In this document: in pieces, positions 22,395-32,437 of the stretch
Numbering within the stretch: position 1 is the first letter of the stretch
How the letters are laid out: every line of letters begins with the position of its first letter
Made by a program: the position numbers and the translations under genes
Source: a virus
Lineage: Duplodnaviria; Caudoviricetes
Length of the DNA stretch: 64,000 bases
Direction: 5' to 3' (one strand)
IMG/VR virus record: IMGVR_UViG_3300031760_003956
Coordinates: 30,226-94,225 of that record
The notes under the pieces: generated by a model
Seen by the model: only the letters and a program-made list of their open reading frames with translations
The model's database searches: none
Told to the model about the DNA's origin: nothing

Positions 22395-22631
22395 ATGCAA
22401 AAACCCATAAGTATGGTAATAGATGAATTTGAGAAAAACCTTGCTAACTGTATAAATCAGGCTATGAATCAGTCAGGTTTACACGTTAGTATTGTAAAGT
22501 CGATACTTGGCAATTTCTATAATGAAGTTTGTTCTGCTTCGGAGCAAGTAACTAAAAATGATATTGCTATGTATAATCAAAAAATAAAAGAAGAAACAAA
22601 AAAATCTGAAACAGAAAAATCTAAGGAGTGA
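22395..22631 (+). CDS. Hypothetical protein
   Basis: 78-aa ORF with RBS in tail operon. Confidence 0.6.
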   Translation: MQKPISMVIDEFEKNLANCINQAMNQSGLHVSIVKSILGNFYNEVCSASEQVTKNDIAMYNQKIKEETKKSETEKSKE

Positions 22632-23026
22632 TTTATATGAAATCTATTATGAATCTTGCAAAGTTTTTATATGAAAACTGGACTGTTATTTTAATTTTGG
22701 TATCTCTTGTAATAGGAATTGTGAAGAAGACGATTGATTTCAAGAGTCAACCGAGAGAGAAACAGGTTAAGGCTATTAAGACAATACTTAAAAACACAAT
22801 GCTTGATTATGTAACAAATGCAGAGGTTGAATATTCAGAATGGCGTAAGTCTGGTGACATTAAGCGTTCTCAGGTAATTAAGAAGATTTATGAGGATTAT
22901 CCTGTTTTGTCAAAAGTAGTAGACCAAAAAGGGTTAGAGGAATGGATAGATGATACTATTGATGAATCTCTTGATAGTCTTAGAGATATAATTGAGGAAA
23001 TTGATAACAAAACAGATGTTGAGTAA
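22628..23026 (+). CDS. Holin-like membrane protein
   Basis: Single N-terminal TM segment; AEVEY...SGDIKRSQV pattern like LL-H-type holins. Confidence 0.55.
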   Translation: MIYMKSIMNLAKFLYENWTVILILVSLVIGIVKKTIDFKSQPREKQVKAIKTILKNTMLDYVTNAEVEYSEWRKSGDIKRSQVIKKIYEDYPVLSKVVDQKGLEEWIDDTIDESLDSLRDIIEEIDNKTDVE

Positions 23027-23114
23027 TTAGAAAGAAATAAAAAGAAACCTTGTCGTATGCAATAGCATACGGTTTTTTGTTTATGCAAGAAATAATTTAT
23101 GGAGGAATCTTAAA

Positions 23115-23456
23115 ATGAACTTTTATCAAATTATTAGTCTTGCGTTAAGTCTTGTGGGTTTCCCTACATTATTCTCAATATTTATAACCTATCGTAACAA
23201 GAACAGAAGTGAAAGAGAAAAAGACAGAGAGAGAGCTGAGGCTACAGAAATGGGTATTAAGGCTTTACTTCGTGCTGAGATGATTAAAGATTATAACAAA
23301 TGGCACGAAGATAGGGGCTTTGCTCCGATATGGGTTAAAGATAATTTTGAAAATGTATGGAAACAATATGAATCTTTGGTTGGTGAAAATGGTGTGATGG
23401 AAGATATACACGATAAATTTATGGCACTTCCTACTATACCACCGAAAAAGAAATGA
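23115..23456 (+). CDS. Small membrane protein (holin-associated)
   Basis: N-terminal TM; GIKALLR...Y...GENG pattern common in Firmicutes phage lysis modules. Confidence 0.55.
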   Translation: MNFYQIISLALSLVGFPTLFSIFITYRNKNRSEREKDRERAEATEMGIKALLRAEMIKDYNKWHEDRGFAPIWVKDNFENVWKQYESLVGENGVMEDIHDKFMALPTIPPKKK

Positions 23457-23483
23457 TTTTTTATTTTGTAAAGGAGTGATAGA

Positions 23484-26400
23484 ATGATAGATTTAATATT
23501 CTATGACGGGAACGAACAAGAAATACCGAGTCTAACACAATGGGATTTAGGTAGAGTCTTGTATATTCGTAATACAGAGAATTTAGTTCAAACACCTGTT
23601 TTCCATTTTTACAACAGGTCTGTTGATGAATCGACTCCTGTATTATCAGAATTTGTAACTATCAATTCTCATAGCTATATCAAGGTTGATGTGCCAAATG
23701 AAATTTTGCAGAAATCGCTTGCTATACACGTTCATATGGGCGTGGCTAATAATGCTAACGAACTTGAAACTATTGGCACAGGCGTGATTACTGTTATTCA
23801 AAAGGCTAAACCTTCATACTATGAGTATGTTCAAAATATAGCTGATATTTTTGATGAAACTATTAGCCGTAAATTAGAAGAAGAATTAGAGGGTGGTAGT
23901 CCGAAGGGCGTATTTGCGACAAAAAGTGATTTAACAAATGAAAATAGTGGTTTATATGTATGTATGACCGCTAATGATGATACGTCTGCTACGCCGCCTA
24001 TTAAGAGTGGTTATTTGTATTACTGGGATAGTGAAACCAATACTTTAAGTTATCTTGGTATTCAATATCAATCTACGGGTATTCCCGATGGTAGTATTAC
24101 AGAAGATATGCTTTCTACTGCATTAAAGAAACTCGTTATTGAGGATTTAAGAAAATTTGAGTCTACTGCTGATTTAACTACTTATATGGAATCAGAAGAC
24201 GCAGAAGCCGGTCAGCTTGTAAGAGTAAAAGAAACCGTTAATGGCGAAGACATATATCAGGTTTATATTCTTCAAAACGGTACTAATAATACTCTTATTA
24301 AGAAGAAGATAAATTCTAACGAAGAAGCGTTGAGAGCGTTAGAAAATACTGTATCTGCGTTGAGTGAAGATTTAGATAATTTAGAAAATGATAACGATAC
24401 TACACATACGGATATTATCAATAGGTTTAATAATAATGCTGCTGGTGGTCTTGTTTACAACAGTAGTACAAAGGCACTTCAATTAGTAAGTATTGGTGAT
24501 GATACCGAGAACAGTAGTCAGGCTATCGGTAGTCCAGTTATTATTGACACGGGTATTACTGGTGTTCAACTTGCCGTAGAGCCTGATAAGAATGATAATA
24601 CCAAAAACTATTTATTCTTGCGTGATAGTGGCGGTACTGATTTGGCTTATGTAGAGTTGCCAGCAACAGGTACAGGAAACGCTGGTTATGTAGTAATGAG
24701 ATTAAAGAATTTGTTATCTTCTACTACATTTACTGTACCGTATAATGAAGTTAATGGTTGTGAATGTTTGCTTGTTTATAACTTTACGTCTATAGATACT
24801 GGTGATAATAATAGTCCTACTGGTAATGGTACTGCTTATTATTACGTTAATAATACTTTGGTATTAACTACGCAAAATTTAGTACAAGGCAATCATACGG
24901 TGGATATTGGAAGTTATCTCACACCTAATTCAACTAATAATATAAGAGTGATGGTAGTTGATAGCGAGGGTAATAGAAAAACACTCTCTTATACTATTAC
25001 GGTTGCTTACAATTATCTTACTTCTGATTTTGACGCTCTTAGTGTTCAAAATGGTGCGTTTTCGATTCCTTATACACCTAATGGTAGCGGAGATAAGATT
25101 ATTTATTGTGTAATAGATGGTGATACCGCACATAAATTAAGTTATCAGACAAACAAGTCTGCTCAAACATTTTATTTTGATATATCAGGATTATCTCACG
25201 GCGGTCATTTTATAGAGATTTATATGAGTACGTTATTAGAAGGACAAAGTGAACGTGTAACAAGTAATGTTTTGACATTTGGTGTTGTTATGATTAGTTC
25301 TAATACACCTGTTTTATATGCTAAACCGTCGAATACAACGATTCAACAATATTCATATAATAATTTGGATTTTATTGCACACAGTTCAAATCAGCAAAAT
25401 ACCGTATCTGCTGTCGTAGACGAATGGGTTGAAACACAGATACCCGTTTCGACAATCGAAATAGACGGTGATGACGTTGATTGTATTACCGTTGCTGACG
25501 CTACAACTTATGAAATTACCGTTGATGAAAATGCTGAAACAATAACAAGTAGCGGTGTATCATATTACAAATTAAGCGATACTAATGTTATAATAAACGG
25601 CACAAAGAAATATATAACAACAAGAGAATATGCAACGTCATTGACAGCAACTACAGATGAAGTAACCTCATTCCCATATAGATTTGTTGATTCGGGAATT
25701 TTTGGGGTTACTCTTACTTTTGGAGAATTATCACAGACTGTTGTTTATACAGTAGAATCTATAGATGTTGCCGAAGCTGAAACAAATGGATTGAAATATT
25801 TGTTTGACCCGTCTAATAGAAGTAATAAAGAAGATATTTCAACAAGAGGTACACATAGTTATACTAACGGCGATAACGAAACATACAATACAATATTTAG
25901 CGGTATTGATTTTGAAATTTATGGTTGGACTGGTACAAGTTTAAAGATACCTCACGGTGGTAGTATGACAATTCCGTATAAGCCGTTTTTGACCGATACT
26001 AATACTACAAAGGGTAAAACCATTGAATTTAGTTTCAAAATTAAAAATGTTTATGACTATGCTCAAAATATTATTTCTTGTATTGCTAATAATATGGGTA
26101 TTAATATTCTCGCTAACAAGGGTAACTTTACAATGGGTTCGTCAAGTGCTGTTGAAGTACAGTATGTTGAAGATGAAGAAATAAGACTGAGTTTTGTAAT
26201 CGCTAAAAGAAACTCTGCGAATGATTACAGAAGTCAGCTTGTTTATGTTTTCGTTAATTCTATTTTATCAGGCGTATTTCAATACGGACAAGCCGATAGT
26301 TTTGTTCAAAATCCGGCTGCTGGTATTACCATAGGTTCTAACTATGCGGAGATAGAATTATACAAGGTTAGATGTTATGATATTGAATTATTCAATGTTC

Positions 26401-29400
26401 AGCAAGGAAACACAAGCAGAAGTTACAAGATACTTAATAACTTTATAGCAGATTCACCTGATGTTAATGATATGATTGAACGTAATGCTCGTAATGATGT
26501 ATTTGATGAAAGCAATTCAATCGACAATTCTTTACTTCCCGATGATTGCCCGTATATGGTAATTGAGAGTGACGCTTTGCCGTCTGCTCGTACCGATGAA
26601 TTTGTTATTAGTGGTTATTTCGTTGATAAAGCAGATTCAAGTAAAGCGTTTGTTTTCTCTAATGCAAAGATAAAAACACAGGGTACGTCTTCGCTTGACT
26701 ACTTCATTAAAAATTTCAAAATTACATTTAAAAATGGAGTTTTATTTGAAATTGGTGCTAATATTGTACCCGTTGAAGTAAATGGCGAGAATGTTGATTG
26801 TGTTCTTAGTGACGATATTACCACATATGGAATTACATTATCAAATAATGCAGAAGTCATAGAAGTAGTTGATGAGGGTACGACAAAAACATATTATAGA
26901 ATTTCAGATACTAATATCGTTGTTGATGGTGGAATTAACTATATTCGTGTAGGTAAATATCAGTTATTCTCTGATAGTATTCCAACTAATAAATTCTGTC
27001 TTAAAGCCGATGTAGCTTCTTCTGAGGGTGCTAATAATACCGTTCTTATGAAGATATGGGATGATATTACAAGAGCATTATATAGAGATGGTTATGATAC
27101 TTTAACACCACCTCAGATTGAAGACGAAAGAGTAAGACAGAGTATTGATAGCAGACCGATGGTTCTCTATTGGAGAGATATTTCTAACCCGAATAATCCT
27201 GTTTTGAAGTTTTGGGGTAAATATAATTTCAATAATGATAAGGGTACTCACGAAGTATATGGGTTTAATGAAACGAAGTACCCTGAATGTCAATGTTGGG
27301 AATTTAGGGATAACGGTAAAGCATTATCTCAGTTTAAATCAACTGATTTTGATACACTTGTACCATTTACCGATAAAAAGACACAAGATACTTTTGACGC
27401 ACCTCGATGGTATGATACTTTTGAACCTCGTTTTCCTGAAATAGATGATGAGCTTCCAAATCCATACACACAGGTAAGCGTAGCAAAATTGAATAAACTT
27501 AAAAGAGTTATTAGTTGGGTATGCTCTACAGATACGACTCAGGCTGACGATTCTGTAACTTTAGCGAACTCTGTGGAATATGATGGCGTTACATACACGA
27601 CTGATAGTGTTGAATATAGATTGGCTAAATTCAAAAATGAGTTTACTGATTATTTCAAAAAGGATTTGACATTATTATACTATATCTTTACAGACGTATT
27701 TCTTATAGCCGATAACAGAGAAAAAAATCAGATGATTACTACATTCGATGGTATCCATTGGTTCTTTATACCTTATGATGGTGATACTGCTTTGGGTATT
27801 AATAACTCTGGTAAGTATGGTTTTGAATACTGGCTTGAAGGAGATAGTGTATATAACGGTGCTAATGTATATAACGGTAGACCGTCTGTACTATGGAATA
27901 ACGTAGCCACAGTATTTGCACACGATATTCAGCTTTTGTGTACTGCTTTATTGAGTGCAAGGATAACTAATAGAGATAGTGATATTGTATCCCACTTTGG
28001 GTTTGAGTATGTACGAGATAGATTCAACAAGTATCAATCTGCTTGGTCTGAGGCTATTTTCTGTGCTGACGCTGAACATAAATATATTGTGCCTTATATT
28101 GAACTAAATGACGCTCGTTATCTTTCTATGGCACAAGGTTCTAAACGCTTGCAGAGGGAATATTGGTTAAGAAATAGATTCAAATATTGGTGTTCAAAAT
28201 ACAAAATTGGTGACGCAACTGATGTTAAAAATGGTATTAATATCCGTATGACTACGCCGGAAGGAATGAGTGATGAAAGATATGTAGAAGTCTACAATCC
28301 TTGCGGTAATCCGTCAACTTCATATTATTATGAAAAGACTGGTAATACCTATTTTGCTTCGACCGATACTTCGGTTGATAGTGAGAAAACCTATTATGTT
28401 AAATGGAATACACTAATTGTAACTTCATTGACTAATACTTATGTTTTAGTAGGATTCGGTCAAAACCTAATTCCTTACAGATGTAATGCTAATGAAAGTA
28501 TAGCTGCTAAGGGTAATTTGGATAGTAATGGTGATAGTCCGTTGAATTTCTATAATGCAAGTGAAATTAAAAATGTTGGTGATTTGTCGCAGAGTTATGT
28601 TAGTAACTTTACGATTGGTAGTAATGTTAAGAATCTTGAAAGTATTGTAATTGGTAATGAAGATAACAGTTACGAAAATACCGCAATTACACAGTTATCT
28701 ACAAGTAGTTGCGAGAAACTTAAAGTCCTTAATGTATCTAATTGTAAGAATTTGGGCACTGGTAATGTTAAATACATAGATATTTCTAAATGTTTTAATA
28801 TTCGAGAAGTATTGGCTAAAGGCACAAAGATTACTGCGGTCAACCTTGCAAGCGGTAGTCAGATTAGAACATTAAAACTTCCTAATACAATAATGAATCT
28901 TGAATTGATTAATCAAACTCAACTTTCGACTTTTGAGATGGAGGGTTATTCTAATCTTCTGACTTTAAAAGTTCAGAATACACCTATTGATGTTCTTGAT
29001 ATTGTACAGAACGCTACAGGTCTTACCAATATCAACTTAATAGATATTAATTGGACTTTTGAAGATACTGAATTACTTGATACTCTTGTAAAAAAGAATA
29101 AATTAGATACTTGTACGGTTCAGCTTACGGGTAGGGTTTATGTACCCGAATTAACTTCCAAACAATTATCTGATTATACTGCGGCTTGGGGTAATGGTCT
29201 GTTAGTTGATTATAGTAGATTGATAGTTCAATATCCCGTTACATTTAAGAATTATGACGGAACGGTTCTTAAAAATGACGACAATGAATCAGCTATTCTT
29301 TATGTAAATGAGGGCGAAACTCCTTATGACGCAATCGTAATTGACTCTAATGGTGATTATTACACCAAAGACGAGTTAGGAAATGCTGATGAGTTGTTAT

Positions 29401-31031
29401 TCAGAAAACCGACTAAACCTTATGCTTGGGATGAAACTTATGAGTTTGATTCTTGGGATAATAACCTATCTTCAAGAATTAGAGAAGCGGTTGATTATAC
29501 TGCACAGTATACAACGACTGCAAGACAATATGAGGTTCAATTTAAATTTACTGTTGCAGGACAAGCGGTACAGACCACTACTGTTACTGCCGGTGATACA
29601 GTTACTTATGATAGTTCAAACGGTCAGCCGAGTAAAGCAAGTGACGGAAATAACTGGTATCTCTGTCGTGGTTGGACTGATACAGGACAGGAATATATTA
29701 TTTCTACTACTGATGAGAGTAGAATTTATGGCTTGTTTGCGACTATTACATTAAATGAGGCGTTGTTAGCTGATTTTGCAGCTACAGTACCCACAGTATT
29801 AAAACCAACATTGGTATTCAATACTATTTACAATGAGTGTAGTCTGCCTACAAGCGGTATTCCTCGTAATCCGACTAAGACCGATATTAAGAATTACCTT
29901 GATAACTACAGATATGTTTATACTAACGACCCCGAATTGCAAGAACAGAGTGCTTATACTTTGGGTGAGTTATATGCTATTTCTATGTCAGAAAAATATA
30001 GCCTGTATCTCCCTCTTGGTTCAAGAGCAAGAATCATTTGTGATACCGATACTTATATTGGCGGTGATACGGCTGGTGATGGTAAGGGTAAATTTGAAAT
30101 AGAAGTTATGGGATATAACGTATATGAACGTGCTGACTCAGGATTTGCTGGTGTTGGTGATTGTGGCGGTGCTACAAACGCTATGATAAGTGGCGATTAT
30201 CAAGGACAGAAAATCAAGGGTATGATTAGTAGTCCTACGGCTATGAGTGAACTTAGTGGTAAATCTGCTGGTCTGTATATCTGCAATACACAAGGTTATC
30301 AATGTGATACTGACGGATTTGTATGTGATACTTCTACTGGTAATCTTTATGATAGTGATGGTTGTGTTTATTATTATAATGGCGAAACCTCGCCTACTAA
30401 AGTAGGAGCATACTTCTCTCACGTTGTTTGGTCTTGGGTATTCTCAGATTCTACTGGTGCTGGCGGTCAGTATATGGACGCTACATATTGTATGAACAAT
30501 ACTGCTCCTAACCCACATACAATTAACGGTTGGGGTAATGACGAAGCAGAAGATTATAAGAAATGTGTAATGAATAATTGGCTTAACGGTACTGTATTCG
30601 GTTACTTACCTTCTGAATTACAAGGTGTTATTACGCCTGTTAAGGTAGTTTCGGGTAGAGGTAGAGCAAGTGCAAGTGATAATACATTTAAGATAACTCC
30701 TGTTAGTAGTGTATCGAGATTGTTCTTACTGTCTGCTGGTGAAGTATTTGGTAGAAATGATACTCCGTATGTTAATGAAATTAGTAAATGGTCTTCTCTT
30801 GCTGTTCGTAATGCAAATGATGAGATTAGTTCTATTTCGAGATATTGGAGATTAACTTCAAATAATGTAAGGCTAAAACACCCATACTACGGTACGGGAA
30901 GTAGCAACTGGTACTGGTTGCGTTCGCCGTATTCCACTTCCTACTTCGTCAATGTGAACGGCACTGGCAACTTCAACAACGGATATGCTAACGGTACTAG
31001 TGGCGTTTCGCCGGCTTTCTGTACGGGGTAA
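23484..31031 (+). CDS. Large tail fibre/receptor-binding protein and DGR target (BppU-like N-terminus, Ig-like, CotH-like, LRR, C-terminal CLec-type variable domain)
   Basis: LTQWDLGR...VDVPNEIL N-terminus; QGTSS, GKYNFNNDKG, DNREKN, PYDGDTALG; LRR-like LKVLNVSNCKNL; ends WYWLRSPY...GVSPAF, which is the VR. Confidence 0.85.
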   Translation: MIDLIFYDGNEQEIPSLTQWDLGRVLYIRNTENLVQTPVFHFYNRSVDESTPVLSEFVTINSHSYIKVDVPNEILQKSLAIHVHMGVANNANELETIGTGVITVIQKAKPSYYEYVQNIADIFDETISRKLEEELEGGSPKGVFATKSDLTNENSGLYVCMTANDDTSATPPIKSGYLYYWDSETNTLSYLGIQYQSTGIPDGSITEDMLSTALKKLVIEDLRKFESTADLTTYMESEDAEAGQLVRVKETVNGEDIYQVYILQNGTNNTLIKKKINSNEEALRALENTVSALSEDLDNLENDNDTTHTDIINRFNNNAAGGLVYNSSTKALQLVSIGDDTENSSQAIGSPVIIDTGITGVQLAVEPDKNDNTKNYLFLRDSGGTDLAYVELPATGTGNAGYVVMRLKNLLSSTTFTVPYNEVNGCECLLVYNFTSIDTGDNNSPTGNGTAYYYVNNTLVLTTQNLVQGNHTVDIGSYLTPNSTNNIRVMVVDSEGNRKTLSYTITVAYNYLTSDFDALSVQNGAFSIPYTPNGSGDKIIYCVIDGDTAHKLSYQTNKSAQTFYFDISGLSHGGHFIEIYMSTLLEGQSERVTSNVLTFGVVMISSNTPVLYAKPSNTTIQQYSYNNLDFIAHSSNQQNTVSAVVDEWVETQIPVSTIEIDGDDVDCITVADATTYEITVDENAETITSSGVSYYKLSDTNVIINGTKKYITTREYATSLTATTDEVTSFPYRFVDSGIFGVTLTFGELSQTVVYTVESIDVAEAETNGLKYLFDPSNRSNKEDISTRGTHSYTNGDNETYNTIFSGIDFEIYGWTGTSLKIPHGGSMTIPYKPFLTDTNTTKGKTIEFSFKIKNVYDYAQNIISCIANNMGINILANKGNFTMGSSSAVEVQYVEDEEIRLSFVIAKRNSANDYRSQLVYVFVNSILSGVFQYGQADSFVQNPAAGITIGSNYAEIELYKVRCYDIELFNVQQGNTSRSYKILNNFIADSPDVNDMIERNARNDVFDESNSIDNSLLPDDCPYMVIESDALPSARTDEFVISGYFVDKADSSKAFVFSNAKIKTQGTSSLDYFIKNFKITFKNGVLFEIGANIVPVEVNGENVDCVLSDDITTYGITLSNNAEVIEVVDEGTTKTYYRISDTNIVVDGGINYIRVGKYQLFSDSIPTNKFCLKADVASSEGANNTVLMKIWDDITRALYRDGYDTLTPPQIEDERVRQSIDSRPMVLYWRDISNPNNPVLKFWGKYNFNNDKGTHEVYGFNETKYPECQCWEFRDNGKALSQFKSTDFDTLVPFTDKKTQDTFDAPRWYDTFEPRFPEIDDELPNPYTQVSVAKLNKLKRVISWVCSTDTTQADDSVTLANSVEYDGVTYTTDSVEYRLAKFKNEFTDYFKKDLTLLYYIFTDVFLIADNREKNQMITTFDGIHWFFIPYDGDTALGINNSGKYGFEYWLEGDSVYNGANVYNGRPSVLWNNVATVFAHDIQLLCTALLSARITNRDSDIVSHFGFEYVRDRFNKYQSAWSEAIFCADAEHKYIVPYIELNDARYLSMAQGSKRLQREYWLRNRFKYWCSKYKIGDATDVKNGINIRMTTPEGMSDERYVEVYNPCGNPSTSYYYEKTGNTYFASTDTSVDSEKTYYVKWNTLIVTSLTNTYVLVGFGQNLIPYRCNANESIAAKGNLDSNGDSPLNFYNASEIKNVGDLSQSYVSNFTIGSNVKNLESIVIGNEDNSYENTAITQLSTSSCEKLKVLNVSNCKNLGTGNVKYIDISKCFNIREVLAKGTKITAVNLASGSQIRTLKLPNTIMNLELINQTQLSTFEMEGYSNLLTLKVQNTPIDVLDIVQNATGLTNINLIDINWTFEDTELLDTLVKKNKLDTCTVQLTGRVYVPELTSKQLSDYTAAWGNGLLVDYSRLIVQYPVTFKNYDGTVLKNDDNESAILYVNEGETPYDAIVIDSNGDYYTKDELGNADELLFRKPTKPYAWDETYEFDSWDNNLSSRIREAVDYTAQYTTTARQYEVQFKFTVAGQAVQTTTVTAGDTVTYDSSNGQPSKASDGNNWYLCRGWTDTGQEYIISTTDESRIYGLFATITLNEALLADFAATVPTVLKPTLVFNTIYNECSLPTSGIPRNPTKTDIKNYLDNYRYVYTNDPELQEQSAYTLGELYAISMSEKYSLYLPLGSRARIICDTDTYIGGDTAGDGKGKFEIEVMGYNVYERADSGFAGVGDCGGATNAMISGDYQGQKIKGMISSPTAMSELSGKSAGLYICNTQGYQCDTDGFVCDTSTGNLYDSDGCVYYYNGETSPTKVGAYFSHVVWSWVFSDSTGAGGQYMDATYCMNNTAPNPHTINGWGNDEAEDYKKCVMNNWLNGTVFGYLPSELQGVITPVKVVSGRGRASASDNTFKITPVSSVSRLFLLSAGEVFGRNDTPYVNEISKWSSLAVRNANDEISSISRYWRLTSNNVRLKHPYYGTGSSNWYWLRSPYSTSYFVNVNGTGNFNNGYANGTSGVSPAFCTG
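30917..31020 (+). repeat. DGR variable repeat (VR)
   Basis: 104-nt ungapped match to 32058-32161 with 13 mismatches, 11 of them at TR adenines. Confidence 0.95.
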
Positions 31032-31050
31032 TCACATAATCCTATACAAT

Positions 31051-31070
31051 CCCCACCCGTAAGGGTGGGG
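31051..31070 (+). promoter_or_regulatory. DGR target-recognition hairpin downstream of VR/IMH
   Basis: CCCCACCC-gtaa-GGGTGGGG about 30 nt after VR; absent after TR. Confidence 0.75.
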
Positions 31071-31104
31071 TATACAATAAGCCGTTAAATACAATTAATT
31101 AAAT

Positions 31105-31144
31105 TTACGACCATAATGGAATCAAAAACACATTATGGTCGTAA
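31105..31144. other. 14-bp inverted repeat upstream of avd
   Basis: TTACGACCATAATG...CATTATGGTCGTAA; terminator or operator. Confidence 0.55.
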
Positions 31145-31198
31145 TTATTATTCTAATATAGAACTAAACTAAAATTAAATATATCAAGGAGTGATAAT

Positions 31199-31951
31199 AT
31201 GAGTACAGTTTATTCAAGAAATAAAAAAGAAACTCAGGTTGTCTTTTTAAATAAAACACAAGAATTGGTTAAAGATATTAATGATTATATAAAGGGTCAG
31301 AAGAACTGGGAATATGATGGAATTTTAAGAAAATTCTTAGATTTAGCCACATCTGCTTACATTGAAATGACTAATGGTAATAACATTAAGATTCAAAGTT
31401 TATATACTTATTTTCAAAGGACAAATCATTTTATAGATAGTCAAAAAATATTAAGAACAATGAAGGATTATATTAGTGTTGTTGTCACTACTCACGAAAT
31501 AAAAGATAGTAGAAGTGGTAAATGGTGTTTATTAATTGAGGCTATTATCACAAAAATAAATGCTATTAAATCTTCTGACGCTAAATTAATTAAGAAAAAC
31601 ACAGGAGATAGATTTACCAGAGTAGAAATTCAGCGATTTATTGATGAATGTCAATTAGATACATATGTAGAAAAAATGGAACGATATAAGAAAATTGCGA
31701 TATTAAATGCTAATAAGATATTAGAAGAAAAAATAACTGCTAATATGTTAGATGATTTTTTAAGAAAGATTAAGCATATTTATTTTGTTATGAACGAAAA
31801 GAAAAAGCAAATAATAAGTCTAAATAAGAGTTCTGAGAAACTACATAATAATAGTAAATCTACGAGTAATAAAAAGACAACTAATAATAGCAATAAGTCT
31901 TCTAAAAAACAAGAAATTGATAATTATAATAAACTTGTTAAGAAGACATAA
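31199..31951 (+). CDS. avd: DGR accessory protein (Avd-like four-helix bundle) with C-terminal extension
   Basis: Lies between target and TR; N-terminal ~130 aa with Avd-like pattern (MSTVYSRNK...GNNI...QR...W...SD); extra ~120 aa basic tail. Confidence 0.65.
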   Translation: MSTVYSRNKKETQVVFLNKTQELVKDINDYIKGQKNWEYDGILRKFLDLATSAYIEMTNGNNIKIQSLYTYFQRTNHFIDSQKILRTMKDYISVVVTTHEIKDSRSGKWCLLIEAIITKINAIKSSDAKLIKKNTGDRFTRVEIQRFIDECQLDTYVEKMERYKKIAILNANKILEEKITANMLDDFLRKIKHIYFVMNEKKKQIISLNKSSEKLHNNSKSTSNKKTTNNSNKSSKKQEIDNYNKLVKKT

Positions 31952-32057
31952 ATTTTATGTTGAATAAATATAAAAGCTATAAATATAAAAATCATCTATG
32001 TTAGCATTATTTTTATGTTTTTTATATTTATTTTGGCTTGTTTTCTGTTTGGTTGTT

Positions 32058-32161
32058 GTTGCGTTCGCCGTATTCCACTTCCAACTTCGTCAATGTGAAC
32101 AACAACGGCAACTTCAACAACAATAATGCTAACAATACTAATGGCGTTTCGCCGGATTTCT
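32058..32161 (+). repeat. DGR template repeat (TR)
   Basis: AAC/AAT-rich non-coding copy of the VR between avd and RT. Confidence 0.95.
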
Positions 32162-32437
32162 CTACATTGAGATTGTTTTGTTGAGATAGTGTCTTGTCTA
32201 TCAAAAAGCAAATTATTATATATTTTTTATTATTGGTGTTTAGATTGAAGTAAATTCAAATAGGAATAAATGCTGAGATAAAAGTCAAGTATATTATAGT
32301 TTCAACAAGAGAAAGGAGAAAACGAGCTTTTTATCCTGTTTGGGATAAATAAATTAGTGCCATATCCCCGATTAACGCGTGCGTTAGTATCGGATAAGGA
32401 TGGCAACAGCGAATAAAGAATTTAGTGAGGTGTAGAG

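Noticed and set aside
31996-32211. 71-aa minus-strand ORF
   Set aside because: Antisense reading of the AAC-rich template repeat
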